Below are positions 1 through 12,756 of a DNA stretch of 64,000 bases, in pieces. The stretch is from Camelus dromedarius (taxonomy: Eukaryota). The notes beneath the pieces were generated by a model. It saw only the letters and a list, made by a program, of their open reading frames with translations. It did not search any database and was not told the DNA's origin. A program made the translations under genes and the position numbers. Every line of letters begins with the position of its first letter. Positions within the stretch are counted from its first letter, which is position 1. The stretch is taken from assembly GCF_036321535.1 (NCBI RefSeq), contig NC_087454.1:19034001-19098000 (forward strand). The letters are read 5' to 3'.

Positions 1-1170
1 GAGGTTGAGCACCGGGGATTTTTAGGGCAGTAAAACTATTCTGTATGATACTCTAATGGTGGATACATAACATTATACATTTGCCAAAACCCATTGAATG
101 CACAACACAAAGAAGGAAACATAATGCAAAAATCCTAACAGTGCTCTAAAAAATAGTCCGTTAATTTAAAAAGAAAAAACTATGGAATCGAGAAGCCGAC
201 TTAGTATGAATTCGAATCTTAAGAACTATTGCCTGATACAAGACCAACATATACAAATCAATGATTCATCTACAGCAGAAATAATTTTATAGAAAATTTA
301 ATAGGATATAAGATAAAATTATAATAAAAACAAATTCACTTTTTAAAAAATAAACAAAACTTGCAAACATTTTTAATTTCATCCAAGGATTTAAATTAAA
401 ACTGAATAAAGGTAGCAATATATCACATTTTTATATGACATAATTAAACATTGTAAACATGTCATTTGTTCAAAAAAAACCAAAAATGAATTCAATAACC
501 ACATTTCACAATTTTTATTGAAGTAAACTAGTTCTGTGTTTTTGGCAGAGACTACTAGTGTCCACTAGGTATTTATTATCTCATTTTTCCTTGTTACAAT
601 TTATGTTAGGAGTCAAAGTGACCAGCTAAAAGATGATATTTCTCATCTTGCCTGTCAATTGACTGCAGTCATGAGATTAAGCTCTAGACAGTTAGACATG
701 GCAAATTTTCTGCCTGGAAGACAGCATGATTACCAAAATTAATGCAGCTCCAGCAGTTGACCTTGAGGATAAAAGCCATACGCTAAAGACTGAAGGAGCT
801 TTAGACTATGATGATCCACCGCATCCTCACCAAACTACCTACGTCTGGACTTCGTTTACATGAGAGAAAAATGAACTTCTACTTGTTTAAAACTCTATAT
901 TGACAGTCTCTAATAGTTAAATGTGATTCCTATATGAATTCAGGAAATGATATACCATGGATCAAGTTATTAAAATGGTGAATATTAGGCTAGAAACAGA
1001 GGAGAGTAAGGAGATTGGGGCAAAAGTTCTCATTTGGATAGAATTAAATTTGAGATGCTTGTCAAATATCTAAGGGTAGAAGACATATGATAGCCTGAGT
1101 ATTTCAATCTTTCTATCTATATTTATATAAAAGAGGAAAAGATAGTTACTCAAAATATATAATCTATAAA

Positions 1171-1252
1171 GTGTGTATATATGTGTGTATGTATGTATAT
1201 GTGTGTATATATATATACACACACATATATATACATATATATATATATATAT
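1171..1252. repeat. (TG/TA)n low-complexity microsatellite
   Basis: Run of gtgtgtatat...tatatatata seen directly. Confidence 0.85.
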
Positions 1253-1481
1253 AAATACTGTTAAGGGTTATGAAATGTTATGACCACATGTTCACCTCTT
1301 CAAGATAATCTGACTTAAGGAAGCAAAGCAGTAACTAGAAAGATTTTGTGAGTTTTCAGCAATCTTTCTGATTTTACTTCCAAGTCATTGTTACTAGCAG
1401 ACCTCTGTTTAATTGTTGATTTTACAGCACAACTCCATTTAGAGGCAATTTTCTTTATGGAAAATTCCTCCAGATTTGCCA

Positions 1482-1748
1482 CTAATGAGTAACTCTGGGG
1501 ACAGCCTCTAAGGACAGGAAAGATTCCTAATGCAAGCCTACCCTTTCCAATCCCAAGGGAGATGAAGGTCGATAATACTCAACTCCTAAGCTGCATCTTT
1601 GCTACCTATGGACATTATCTCGCCAATGTAGACAAAGGATTCTGGATTCTCTGGACTGTCCTACTTGCTCAATAAGAGCACTGTATAGAATACATATTTC
1701 TAAGGCCATCACTCATGGGGTGAAGATTAGGAAAGCCAGTAGGTAAGT
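1482..1748 (+). promoter_or_regulatory. Candidate promoter and 5' non-coding exon donor of the OR at 4977
   Basis: Homeodomain-type CTAATGAG (1482-1489) and O/E (EBF)-type TCCCAAGGGA (1551-1560), the motif pair typical of OR promoters, followed by a consensus donor AG|GTAAGT (GT at 1743). A matching acceptor ttccttccttgtag ends at 4963, 14 nt before the ATG. The linkage is inferred. Confidence 0.45.
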
Positions 1749-1949
1749 GTGGAAGGTAGCATTTAACAAACAGATTAACAGCTCAGATTTCAGAGTGGAA
1801 CATAGTGGATAGAAGTTACGTGCTTGGGGGCTAGATCTGTGTCTGTTTCCAAATCAGTATGTAAATCAATCTATCTGTAAGAAATATCTTACATGGTAAA
1901 ACTTCTGACAGACGTTTGTAAGGACTGTCTAATAGGAAGAACACATCTC

Positions 1950-2460
1950 ACAGGAAGTTAAATATGTGAATCTAGAGTTTAGAAAAGAAGATGGAATGGT
2001 AGGTATAACTTAGGAGTTTTTTGTTTATGGATATTTAAAGCCTGAGACTAGAAGTAAGAGAAGAGAAGAGATCCAAAAGTGAATAATAAGAAAGAGGAGG
2101 AGCCAGCCAAGACTAAGGAGTCATCATTGAGATCAATACATACCCAGGAGACAGTGGGAGTGTTCCGGAAGCAAAGGGAAAAAAAGTTTTTGGAGTAAGA
2201 AGAAAGGAGTCAACTGTGTTAAGTCTTATTGTGAAGTCAAATAACCCAAGGACTGAAAACTGAGCTTTGACATTGACAAGAGTGATTTCAGTGGAATGAC
2301 AAAGGCAAAAGCTTGATTGAAGAGGGTTCAAAAGATCATGGAAGGTAAAACAAAGAATTTGGAGAGAAGTGGACAAGGAGTGATGGAGACCAGTAAGTTT
2401 TGAAAGATTTGTCACAAAGAGCAGAGAAGTGGAAGAGCCCCTGGAGAAGGCTGTGGGGAA
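1950..2460 (-). mobile_element. Ancient LINE-2 fragment (approximate limits)
   Basis: Purine-rich degenerate sequence resembling L2 consensus; explains the spurious 116-aa ORF at 2113-2463. Confidence 0.45.
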
Positions 2461-4089
2461 CACATTAAAATACTAGGATATCATCCATCTGATGGTGAAA
2501 TTTTAGAAACTTAGAGCCTCACAATTTTAGATAGTTAGGACCTCACGTATTTTTGATGCTGAAAATGCACATAACCTCAGTTCTTAATCACACCTGATCG
2601 AAGATCGAACACAAACGATAATTTTTCAGGTGAATTCCCTGGTGATGTGTACAACAGCGGTAAGATTTCTCAAGCAAAATCATCAGGAAGATCCAGCCTG
2701 GAAAAAGATGTAAAAATGTAAGAGGTATGGTCAGGCCTGAGCTGAAGAACTATTGTTCTTAAGAGACAAAGAAGTAAGGGAAGCCTTAATCTTGTAGGAA
2801 AAAGGGAAATCTTCCAGTTTCCAATTTTTTTTAAGTCTACTAAAACATAGTTTATGGCATATAGAACCCAGAAATCTGTAACTTAACTAGCTCTCCAGGT
2901 GAAAGTTTGAGAAGCTTTTTTCTCAAGTACTAACAAATGCTCTGCTTAAAGAGGAAAAAGATTATGTGCCTTCATCCTAAATCAATTATCCACTGGAACA
3001 TTTAAAAATTAGTAGAAGCAAGGACATTAATGAGTGTATCAATGGAAACATAAAAGGAGACTGTTTCATATAATTAGAGAGCCATCACTAAGCAATAGTC
3101 CTTTGTACAGACTATGAGCTCAACTCTTTGGCTGTTGGTTTAAAGAATTTTTAAAAAGAAAAAATGTTTCCTACTCTCAAGGCATTTATAAAGTAATTGA
3201 TAAGACATTTTATGACATTTATATGTCATAAAAAACAGAAAACACTTTAAGGCAATATTCAATTAAGGGCTAGATTATCCTATCTATGTATCAGCGTGGG
3301 AAAGCATGAATGAGCATATTCATGGAGCTATGAGGTGATTGGCCCAAGAAGAAAGGACACTAAACAGCAATGAGTAATGGAAAGCCGTGTTTATTGGTAG
3401 GTGGATACAAAGGTAGACGTTCTTGATAACCAGGCACAGATATGTATAAGTGGTGCCTTGGAAAATAAGATATTGGAGATATTTGAACAAGGGATAATCA
3501 GGCCAAAAGCAGAAAGTTATACATTATCTGGCAAATGCTTGCAGCATGAATCATAATAATTAGAATGGAGTCAATGAAGCTAGTTAAGCTGCTGATGAAA
3601 TAAGCTGGGAGCAAGGTGATGAAAGAAAGTCCAAAGAAGCTGCCTATGAAAGTGGTGAGAAAAAGACTAAAATGGGGATCACTTTGTAGTTTAAAAAAAA
3701 AAAAGTGTTATAGTACTACATACTAGTCTGGATTTTAGGGATGAAATAAAAAGATGAATCAATGTTTCCAACCCATATGATTAAGAGAATATTTGGAGGA
3801 AAAAACTTTTAATCATAAAATGTGGCAATGAAAGGGAGGACATTTCAACACTTGGGGAGGACAGCATATTGCCCTCTCCTGTCTTCAGTTTTAATTTATT
3901 TATTCCTGTTGTGACAAATATTTTCTAAAGGATGTCAACACTGGGGATACAAAGGAGAAGAAAAACTGATGTGATAACAGCAACAACGCACTTTCTGGCC
4001 TGGTGAAGGAGTCCAGGATTAACTAAATATGTTAAATCAATATTTTAACAAAATAAATATGAATTGCATTCTCTATATTACAATTGTAA

Positions 4090-4690
4090 GAGTTCTTATG
4101 AAGGTGCTATAACAACATATAAAGGGTGGGTTTGACTTAGTCAAAGAGGCAAAGGAAAACTTTCCTAAGAAAGGCACCAATTGATCTGAGACTAAAAGAA
4201 TGAGCAGGAGTTGACTCAGAACGAAGAAAGCAGCACATTGCTTTGCACATGAGGGAATGCACTGCAGCCAGAGTGACTGGGGAGCCGAGAATGTGGGGAC
4301 TGCAATGCAAGGTGAGGCTGCTGAGACACCTGGAGGTCAAAACATTTTAAGCTTTGTTAGACATGGTGCGAATTTTTATACTTTCATAAAGCCAGTGCTT
4401 CTCCCGACACCTATTTTTAAATAAGTAAGAGACATGATCAGATTTTCTTTTTTGAAAAGATCACTCTGATAGCAGTGTGGAGGACGTATGGAATGGCGCA
4501 AAGGTGGGTATATTAAACCAGTTAGAAGGCTAGCAGTCTCTAGTCATTGACAACAGCTTGAACTAGAGTAGTGACTGTGTAGGTGGGCAGGAGCATTTAT
4601 TGAGCTCCTACTATGCACCAAACACTAAGTCCTGACATGCAGTCTCTGCTCTAAAAGGTTCATGATCTTGTAATGAAAACTGATTCATAA
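4090..4690 (-). mobile_element. Ancient LINE-2 fragments (approximate limits)
   Basis: L2-like motifs such as gaaaagatcactctgatagcagtgtggagg and catttattgagctcctactatgcacca. Confidence 0.45.
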
Positions 4691-4976
4691 ACAAGGAATT
4701 GTACCACCCGTAATACCAAGTTTAAGAGAACTCTTTTACACTTAAAACTCCAGCAAGCTGCTCTTGTTCCCTTCATCCCCTCATCTTTGTGCCTCCTCAC
4801 TCAGATCCTCCTTCAGAAAGTCCAAATCGTGTCCCTCTCATTGCTGTTTTAATATCCCACATTGGTGGTATAAGAGAACCCACTGGCAAGAGAAGAGATC
4901 CAGGGCCTTAGCACAGTAGCTAATAGTGAGTGAATCCTCTCCACGCTGATTCCTTCCTTGTAGCACATCATTCAGT

Positions 4977-5906
4977 ATGAACTGCAGCAAGAACCCCGAC
5001 TTGGTCCTCTCAGGGCTGTCCAGTGACTCAGAGAAAAGACGGCTGCTCTTCGGTGTCTTCCTGGCCCTCTGCTCGCTGAGCCTCCTAGGGAACTTGCTCC
5101 TGCTCCTGGCCATTGGTGCTGACACCCGCCTCCACACTCCCATGTACTTCTTCCTCAGCCAGCTCTCCCTGGTAGATCTCTGTTTCACCACCACCACAGC
5201 CCCCAAAATGCTGGCGGCTTCGTGGACCGACAATGGATCAATCTCTTTCTCTGAATGTCTGGCCCAACTGTATTTCTTTGCAGTTTTTGCTGATATGGAC
5301 AACCTACTTTTGACGGCCATGGCTATCGACCGCTACGCTACCATCTGCCATCCTCTGCACTATCCACTCCTAATGACTCCCTGCAGATGTGGACTGCTAG
5401 AGGCTGGGTCACGGGGAGTGGCCCACGCTGTCTCTCTTGTGCATGCCCTGTTGCTATCTCAACTATCATTCTATACGAATCAAGACATTCCCCACTTTTT
5501 CTGTGATTTTGGCCCACTCTTTCAACTTTCTTGCTCTGATACCCACTTCAATGAGGACCTGATGATGGTTCTGACAGGACTTTTAGGAATCAGCCCTCTC
5601 CTCTGCACAATAAGTTCTTATGCCCATACTTTCCTTGCTGTAGCTAGGGTCCCATCAGCACAAGGGAAAAAGAAAGCCCTGGCTACATGCAGCTCCCACC
5701 TCTCCATGGTCATCATCTTCTACAGCACAGTCTTTGCCACCTACCTGAAGCCCCCATCAACTTCTTGCTCCTCTGGGGAGCTGGTTGCCGCTGTCATGTA
5801 TAACCTGGTAACTCCCACTCTCAACCCTTTTATTTATAGTCTGAGAAATAAGGATGTGAAGACTTCACTGAGAAGCGTTCTGGGCATACAGAGTTTATGG
5901 GATTAA
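4977..5906 (+). CDS. Olfactory receptor, family 1 (OR1O-like), 309 aa, ORF intact
   Basis: OR motifs LHTPMYFFLSQLS, MAIDRY..ICHPLHY, KALATCSSHL, PFIYSLRNKDVK; ATG 4977, TAA 5904-5906. The subfamily is inferred from the family-1 OR genes in the rodent MHC-linked cluster. Confidence 0.9.
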   Translation: MNCSKNPDLVLSGLSSDSEKRRLLFGVFLALCSLSLLGNLLLLLAIGADTRLHTPMYFFLSQLSLVDLCFTTTTAPKMLAASWTDNGSISFSECLAQLYFFAVFADMDNLLLTAMAIDRYATICHPLHYPLLMTPCRCGLLEAGSRGVAHAVSLVHALLLSQLSFYTNQDIPHFFCDFGPLFQLSCSDTHFNEDLMMVLTGLLGISPLLCTISSYAHTFLAVARVPSAQGKKKALATCSSHLSMVIIFYSTVFATYLKPPSTSCSSGELVAAVMYNLVTPTLNPFIYSLRNKDVKTSLRSVLGIQSLWD

Positions 5907-6279
5907 AAATAATCCTCATAAAAAAGACATTTTGGGAAAAATCCCCACTCTTCACCAGCACACTGATAGAGTCAGTTAATACCAGGCATGTCACAGACCA
6001 TGATATGGTATATTGGAAAGAACTCTAAATAGAAATTAGGAAAACTAGATTTTAGGTCCCACCATAGGTGCAAGCTTATTTATATATTCTTGTTTTAGGT
6101 ATATATATTATATATTATAGTTATTATTATATCAAAATATTATATCAGTAATTGTCAAAGGGAATATTATATGTATTCCATAATAATATATATACTCAAG
6201 TGTATTATATAGATATAATATACATAAGGATAGATTGGATAAACTGTGCTTTAAATTGCCTTGTAACACTAATATTACT

Positions 6280-6470
6280 GAAACTCGATCATCTATTGCC
6301 CTCATTACCACCATTTTGATCACCACTGCCATTTCTATCACCAGTTAAATAATGAAGACCCTCGCTATCAGCTTTACTATGGTCAATGTCATCTTTGTTG
6401 TCATCAGAGTCACCATACAGATAACCACCTTTGGTTCTATCCCCATCAGTACCACCAGTGCCATCATCAT
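6280..6470. repeat. Degenerate (CAT/CAC)n trinucleotide-like tract
   Basis: Repeated catcaccacc/atcacc motifs; produce low-complexity false ORFs on the minus strand. Confidence 0.5.
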
Positions 6471-9136
6471 GAGTGAAAGAGTGGAAACTGGTTCTATACA
6501 CTTTTTCCCCTTTTAATGCCTCATTTTTATGAATGTTTTATTTAGTTGTGTGTTTGTGCTGTATTTGAAGCTGTCTATAGAGATTCTTCTAGTCATTGCT
6601 GAGAATTTAAAGACCAGCAACAATTGGAGGACTTTTAAGTTATATTCTTGGGGGTTTTAATAGAATTTTAAAATATTTCCTACATAAATTTTATTTATGA
6701 CTTCTGTTCTGCAAACATAAAGTATCTATGTATCGTTCAAAAAATTCTTTTTTTCACTATAGACTCTCAAAGAGCGATACAGAGACAGGATTTACTGCAT
6801 TGTAAAGAAAATGCACTCTAACTAGGTCAGTCACTGCTGGTCTAGCTTGTCTCTCTGTATATACCAAGCACTGTGTCACAGCAAAGAATATGCATTAGAT
6901 TTCTTTATCACACCCACTATAGTTCATGATACTGTGCATCATGGGGGTCTGACTAAATAATTGATAATTAATTCTATCTAAGAGAACAACTCTAGCTACA
7001 TGGATCTGACAGAGCGCCAACTTAGCACGAGTAATCCAGGTGAAGCAGCTGGAGGCTGTGTTCTGAAGCATTGGAGAGGAGGAAGCTGTGCCTTGGGGCC
7101 CCTGGAGGTACATTTGGATGGGTGGCCTGTGAGCTCTGACTGATAGCCAGACTGCACATGTGAGGGGAAAAACTGTTTAAGACTTACCAGGGACAAACCG
7201 CTAACGGATTAAAATTAAAAACACTAGTGACAGAGCAGGGCTTGGGGAGGAGCTGTACCAGGAGAATGTGCTCTTCTGAGCCTGCTGAACCGAGAAGTCT
7301 CATTAACACCTCACTAATACCTCTGCCATCCTGCTGAGACACTAAATGACCAAACTTTAAGAGTAAAAAATCATATTCTTGAGTAACGTATGCCTAGATC
7401 TGGCCTAGCAAAGCCCAAAATTAAATCCTAACAATGTTCACAGGAAAGAAAGAAATTGGAGACTGAGTCATGCCTAGATAGGCAGGCTTGAAAAATGCCT
7501 CGGGCTAACATAGATATATACTACCAAGACAAGAAATCAAGCCTACTCACGTTCAAGCAGATTTCCTTAGCATTGAAATGCCTTATATAACAAAGCTAAC
7601 ACTCTTCAGAAGAAAATAACAGAATCTACAGTTTCTACAAAGATTGATATTCTCTCAAAAAATTACTACTCATACAAAGACATGGGGAAAGCAATATTCA
7701 AAAAAATCAATAAAACTGAATTTGATATGGCCCAAATGTTGTGATCTATAGACAAAGATTTTACAACAGCTATTGAAACCTGAACCAACTGGTGAATAAT
7801 ATGAATAATATCACTAAAAGTGGGCAAGATAAATATTTTGTGCCTTCTGATATGATGCAATGTAATAACATAGCAAACTTGTACTATTTTGCTGAAAAAC
7901 AAAGTTAGCCAAGATCCAATCAAGTTTCTATTTAACTTTTTTTAATTTATATAAAATACAACATATAAAGATAGAAGTTAAACAAAACTGCAAGTAAGCA
8001 ATAAATTTAATTTTGAATATGAAACATTTTACAAAACAGATAAACCAACTACTCCGATAAGTCAATGGTATAAAAGGGGGAGAAGAGGACTCCTGTACAA
8101 TAAGTGGATTAAGAAACACAATACAAGATGCACTGTGTGAAACTTGTTTGCATCCTGATTTTAAGAAATATTTAAAGACAGTCTGAGAAATTTAAATTTG
8201 GTTTGTATATTTGATGATATTAAGAAAATAGTGATAATTATAGTAAGTATCATAATGGCATGGTGGATATTTTATTAAAATATCTTATTAGCTTGCACAA
8301 CACAATACATATTCAATGTCTAAAATTGGCTTTAAAATTTTCCAGTAAAAACAAAACAAAAAAAACAAAAAACAAAAATTGGAATGGGAGATAGATAATG
8401 GGCACAATATTGGCAAACTGTTGATGCCAAAGCTGGATGATAACCACATGAGGATTTATTTTGCTACTCTCTGTACTTTTCTGAATGTTTGAAATGTTCT
8501 ACAATAAAAACTTTAAATGATTAAGTAAAATACATTCAGCTTCAAATATTTTTAAAATATCTAATCCTTAGGCATGATCAAACCATCGAGAATATAAGTA
8601 AATTCTAGGTATAAAAAAAATGTTTGTACAGTGAAAAAAATTGAATAACTAAAATTTTCCAGTGATAAAAAATTACTTAAGCACATTCTGTTTAGTCATA
8701 CTATGAAGCCCAGAAAAATAAAGTACATACTTGTTGATCTTGAAAATTTGTTACAACAATGTTCACTGGAAAACCAGATTACAAACATAATGATCCAATT
8801 TCTGTTATTAACACATACACATAGAATGAAATTCTGATGACATACAAGGATATAAACAGCCAATATTTTTAGGCTTCTTTTGATGTTATTGTTTGTATTT
8901 AACTATTTTTCCATATAAAATATTCATGGCCTATTTAACAAAGAAGTAATAGACTTTAAAATAAAATTTCTTAATCTAGAACTTGAAAATTGACATAACC
9001 ATCCTCACTTTTAGAGGAACTATAAAAGGGTTAGAGCAGAATAACAGAATAGACAAAGATACTCTTTTCCAAACAATCTTGGGAGACTTCTCAATGGAGA
9101 CACTTGAATTCCAAAATAAAATCATCGTCACTCTTC

Positions 9137-9983
9137 TTAAATCAGGTGTTTCACTTTCCTTATGCAGCGATGCCTCCTAAGTGCCTGATGAAACAATTTG
9201 TCCCAAAGGGTGTAGCTCACAAGACTGACGATGATAGTGACCCCAACATAAAGCAGAGTAAATGTGGACATTCCTAGGTAGGAGTACCATGCAGAGAGAG
9301 CCTTTCTCTTTCTGGCCCCAGCAAGAACTCTCAGTACAACCACCACAAACCAGGCACAAGCAGTTGAAAGGGAACAGTGAAATAGACTACAGAAAAAAAT
9401 GAATATTTTCACCTGGACCACTCACTCTGGGATCTGAGCAAGCTAGGCTTATCAAAGGCATGAAGTCACAGTAAAATTAATTAATGTGGTTGGGCCAAAG
9501 AATGTCAACTTCGCCATCAGGCCCACAACCAATCCATCTACCATGAAGTCAGTGAGCCAGCTGTGACCACCAGCCCCAAGCACCATCTGGGAGTGGGTGA
9601 CAGAGTGAGGACCAGTGGTGAGTATATCCCTTGCTAGCCAACCAGAGCATCCAGCTGTTCCTGGAGAGCCAAAGATCAAGAACTGGATGAAGGAACCAGC
9701 CATAGAGATGAATGCCTCCTGCAGGAAGTCCTCCAGCATTTTTGGCATTACTTTAAGCATGTAGAGATTCTCAAAGTAGGACAGATTAGTCAGGAAGAAA
9801 CACATGGATATGTGAATCCTCTGGCAGCTAACCATGGCCAGAATGACTAGCACATTCCCTATGATGATGGAAGCACAGATCAGAGTATAAATACAATGAA
9901 GACAGGGAGAGAGATGCAGCTCACCTATGTTACAGAAACCAAGAAGGACAAATTCAGACTCACACTGGAGAGACCAGCTTCAT
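9137..9983 (-). pseudogene. Degraded OR11A paralogue
   Basis: Fragments align to the OR11A1 copy at 18169-19098 (FFLTNLSYFE, PKMLEDFLQEA, DFMVDGLVVGLMAKL, HQALRR) but are broken by multiple stops, frameshifts and deletions. The former ATG is at 9983. Confidence 0.85.
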
Positions 9984-11829
9984 TCCTCCAGAGAGAAATG
10001 TAAGATTTGGGATCCCAAAATGAAGGAAAATAATTTACTGTTATTACCAACAGTGAAGAGTTATACTTAGAAGGAACGAAATCAGTCCTACTTTTTCCTA
10101 TTCCTCTTTTTTGTTTTCTGTAGAGCCACAGTAATAGATAAATAGAATATTAACCGTCTTTCTGTATGGATGGATCAATGGGCTGTCACTGGCCCTCTGT
10201 CCTTAACTGTCATTACCTGATTTCCTTCTGTTTTATGCAGAATTTTTCCCAGAGAAGTTCCCAAGATGAAAAAGTGTGTCAATACCTCTGTCCCATGAAA
10301 TGAACAGTAATATAAACAAGAAAATATGAGGCCATGGAGATTTGTACTGTTTGTGGTTCTGAAACTAAGAAATAAGCATATTAAGGAAAGAAAATAAGAA
10401 AAATGAAAAAAAAAAATGAAACTCAAGATAGGAATTCCCCAAGGAGAATTCTCTTGTATTACAGGCATAGAAAGGCATCTTGTTTACTCTTACAATAACC
10501 CTCTCAAACCCAGGGGACACTCAGGATTTGTATGTCTAGAGATCTGTGGATCATAAAAGACAGGCAGAATTTCAGAAAGAAGAGATTTTGGAAGATGAAG
10601 AGCTTGTGCTGCAATCCCAATGTGATATGTCACTTCAAATATTTTTCTACTATTTACTTTTCAGGAGTATAAAGGTTGGAAAAGCTTTCCTACCTGGGAA
10701 TTTGAACACTCAATCAGGTATGAGAATGAAACAAGAGACAGGCAGGGGAGTTACCCATACTGTCTGTCTTCTTGCTAGAATTAAAGTTAAATGCCCAGGA
10801 TTTAGAGCTGGTTTCCTATCTTATCATGGACTCCTCGCTGTGCTTGTGGATTAGGAAGGCTCTTTACCACCTACATTTTTATTGCTGTATCTCTAGATAT
10901 TCTCTAGAGTAAATATGCATCTGTAACTATTCAGGATGCAGTGAAGTAAATCATCTAGTACAGAAAGTCTGATTGCTAGGAAAAGGGTTTTATTCCCCAG
11001 GTGAATTTTTTAAATGATTTTGTTTTATGGGTCAGAGAACCAAAAATGAGGTCTGGTATATGATTTGTATCTTAAACAAGAGTGATAAATTGTTAACGAT
11101 ATACAAAATAGACACGGCTGTCAAAGAAAGCTACTCTGAATTTCTAGAAGCCATCCTTTCACAGACATGTAATAAATGAAGACAATCTCTCAAATTTTTC
11201 TCAAGCTAGAAAGCCCAGAATCCCAAGGGATCCCCTGAAATGTTCCCTAGTTAATTCACTTTTTTATTCTAGTCACAATAAACATTTTCTTCTCCTTTCA
11301 AGGATTTTCCAAACTTTGAATAATTTCCTTTTTATAACAAATTCTACAGTGTCTGCATCTCTATTCAGGTTTGTTATAGCTCTTATTAGTCTCTTATTTT
11401 CTATTTCCTTAAGCAAAAACCCTTCAGGTAGTCTCTTACTAGGTCAGGAGATAGCAGTGTGGTGGAGTACTTTAAAATGTACCCTGGGTTAGAGCTGAAT
11501 TAGGACGATAAAAAGCAAGTCATATCAGAATGTGGTTCACAGACAGAGAAGATGGTAGGCTGGAAACATGTACTGAATCCCTGGGAGAAAGAAAAATATT
11601 CATGATAAATCTATTTTAAAAAGGGACTGCATAATAGTCCATCACCAACATGTAACCTTAATAATTTATAAGCTAATGATCCAAATATTGTAAAATGGTT
11701 AGTGCTGAGACTATTTAAAACAACAATGCTCTCCCTCAAAATACTGTTGTGTAGGTGGGAGCATCTCAGCTGGAGGACTCTGGTTCCCATTGGAGAGAGC
11801 ATTCCATATATTATTTTGTCTTTTAAGTG

Positions 11830-12756
11830 ATGCTGAATCAAACAACAGTCACTGAATTTCTCCTCCTGGGAGTCACAGACATCCAAGTATTGCAGCCTTT
11901 TCTCTTTGCAGTTTTCCTTGCCATTTACTCTGTTAACGTGGCTGGGAATGGAGCCATCCTGATGATGGTTATTTCTGATCCAAGACTCCATTCTCCTATG
12001 TATTTCTTCCTGGGAAACCTGTCATGTCTGGATATCTGCTACTCCACGGTGACACTGCCAAAGATGCTGGAGAACTTCCTCTNNNNNNNNNNNNNNNNNN
12101 NNNNNNNNNNNNNNNNNNNNNNNNNNNNNNNNNNNNNNNNNNNNNNNNNNNNNNNNNNNNNNNNNNNNNNNNNNNNNNNNNNNNNNNNNNNNNNNNNNNN
12201 NNNNNNNNNNNNNNGTTACACTCTAATCATGAATCACCAGGTCTGTACCCAGATGGCCCTCACTGTCTGGATCATTGGCTTTTCCCACGCCCTGATGCAC
12301 TCCATAATGACCTCTCGCTTGAACTTCTGTGCTTCCAACCAGATCCATCACTTCTTCTGTGACGTTAAGCCATTGCTGGAGTTGGCCTGTGGGAACACTG
12401 AGCTCAACCAGTGGCTGCTCAATACTGTCACAGGGACCTTGGGCATGGCCCCATTCTTTCTAATACTTCTGTCCTATTTCTACATTATTGTCTATCTTTT
12501 CTTCAAGACCCATTCTTGCAGCATGCTTCATAAAGCTCTGTCCACGTGTGCCTCCCACTTCACGGTGGTTGTTCTTTTCTATGTTCCTGTTGTCTTCACT
12601 TATATTTGTCCCGCCTCCAGTAGCTCCATGGACCAGGACCGGATGATTGCCATTATGTACAGTGTGGTCACTCCTGTACTAAATCCACTGATCTATACTT
12701 TGAGAAACAAGGAAGTAAAGGGAGCCTTGAGGAGGGTGATCAGAAGGAGTCTCTGA
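11830..12756 (+). CDS. OR12D2: Olfactory receptor 12D subfamily (OR12D2-like), 308 aa; codons 85-129 hidden by Ns
   Basis: MLNQTTVTEFLLLGVTDIQ...LACGNTELNQWLL...[31 protein letters not shown] matches human OR12D2 as recalled. The true ATG is 11830 (the track starts at a GTG). Intactness within 12083-12214 cannot be seen. Confidence 0.8.
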   Translation: MLNQTTVTEFLLLGVTDIQVLQPFLFAVFLAIYSVNVAGNGAILMMVISDPRLHSPMYFFLGNLSCLDICYSTVTLPKMLENFLXXXXXXXXXXXXXXXXXXXXXXXXXXXXXXXXXXXXXXXXXXXXXYTLIMNHQVCTQMALTVWIIGFSHALMHSIMTSRLNFCASNQIHHFFCDVKPLLELACGNTELNQWLLNTVTGTLGMAPFFLILLSYFYIIVYLFFKTHSCSMLHKALSTCASHFTVVVLFYVPVVFTYICPASSSSMDQDRMIAIMYSVVTPVLNPLIYTLRNKEVKGALRRVIRRSL

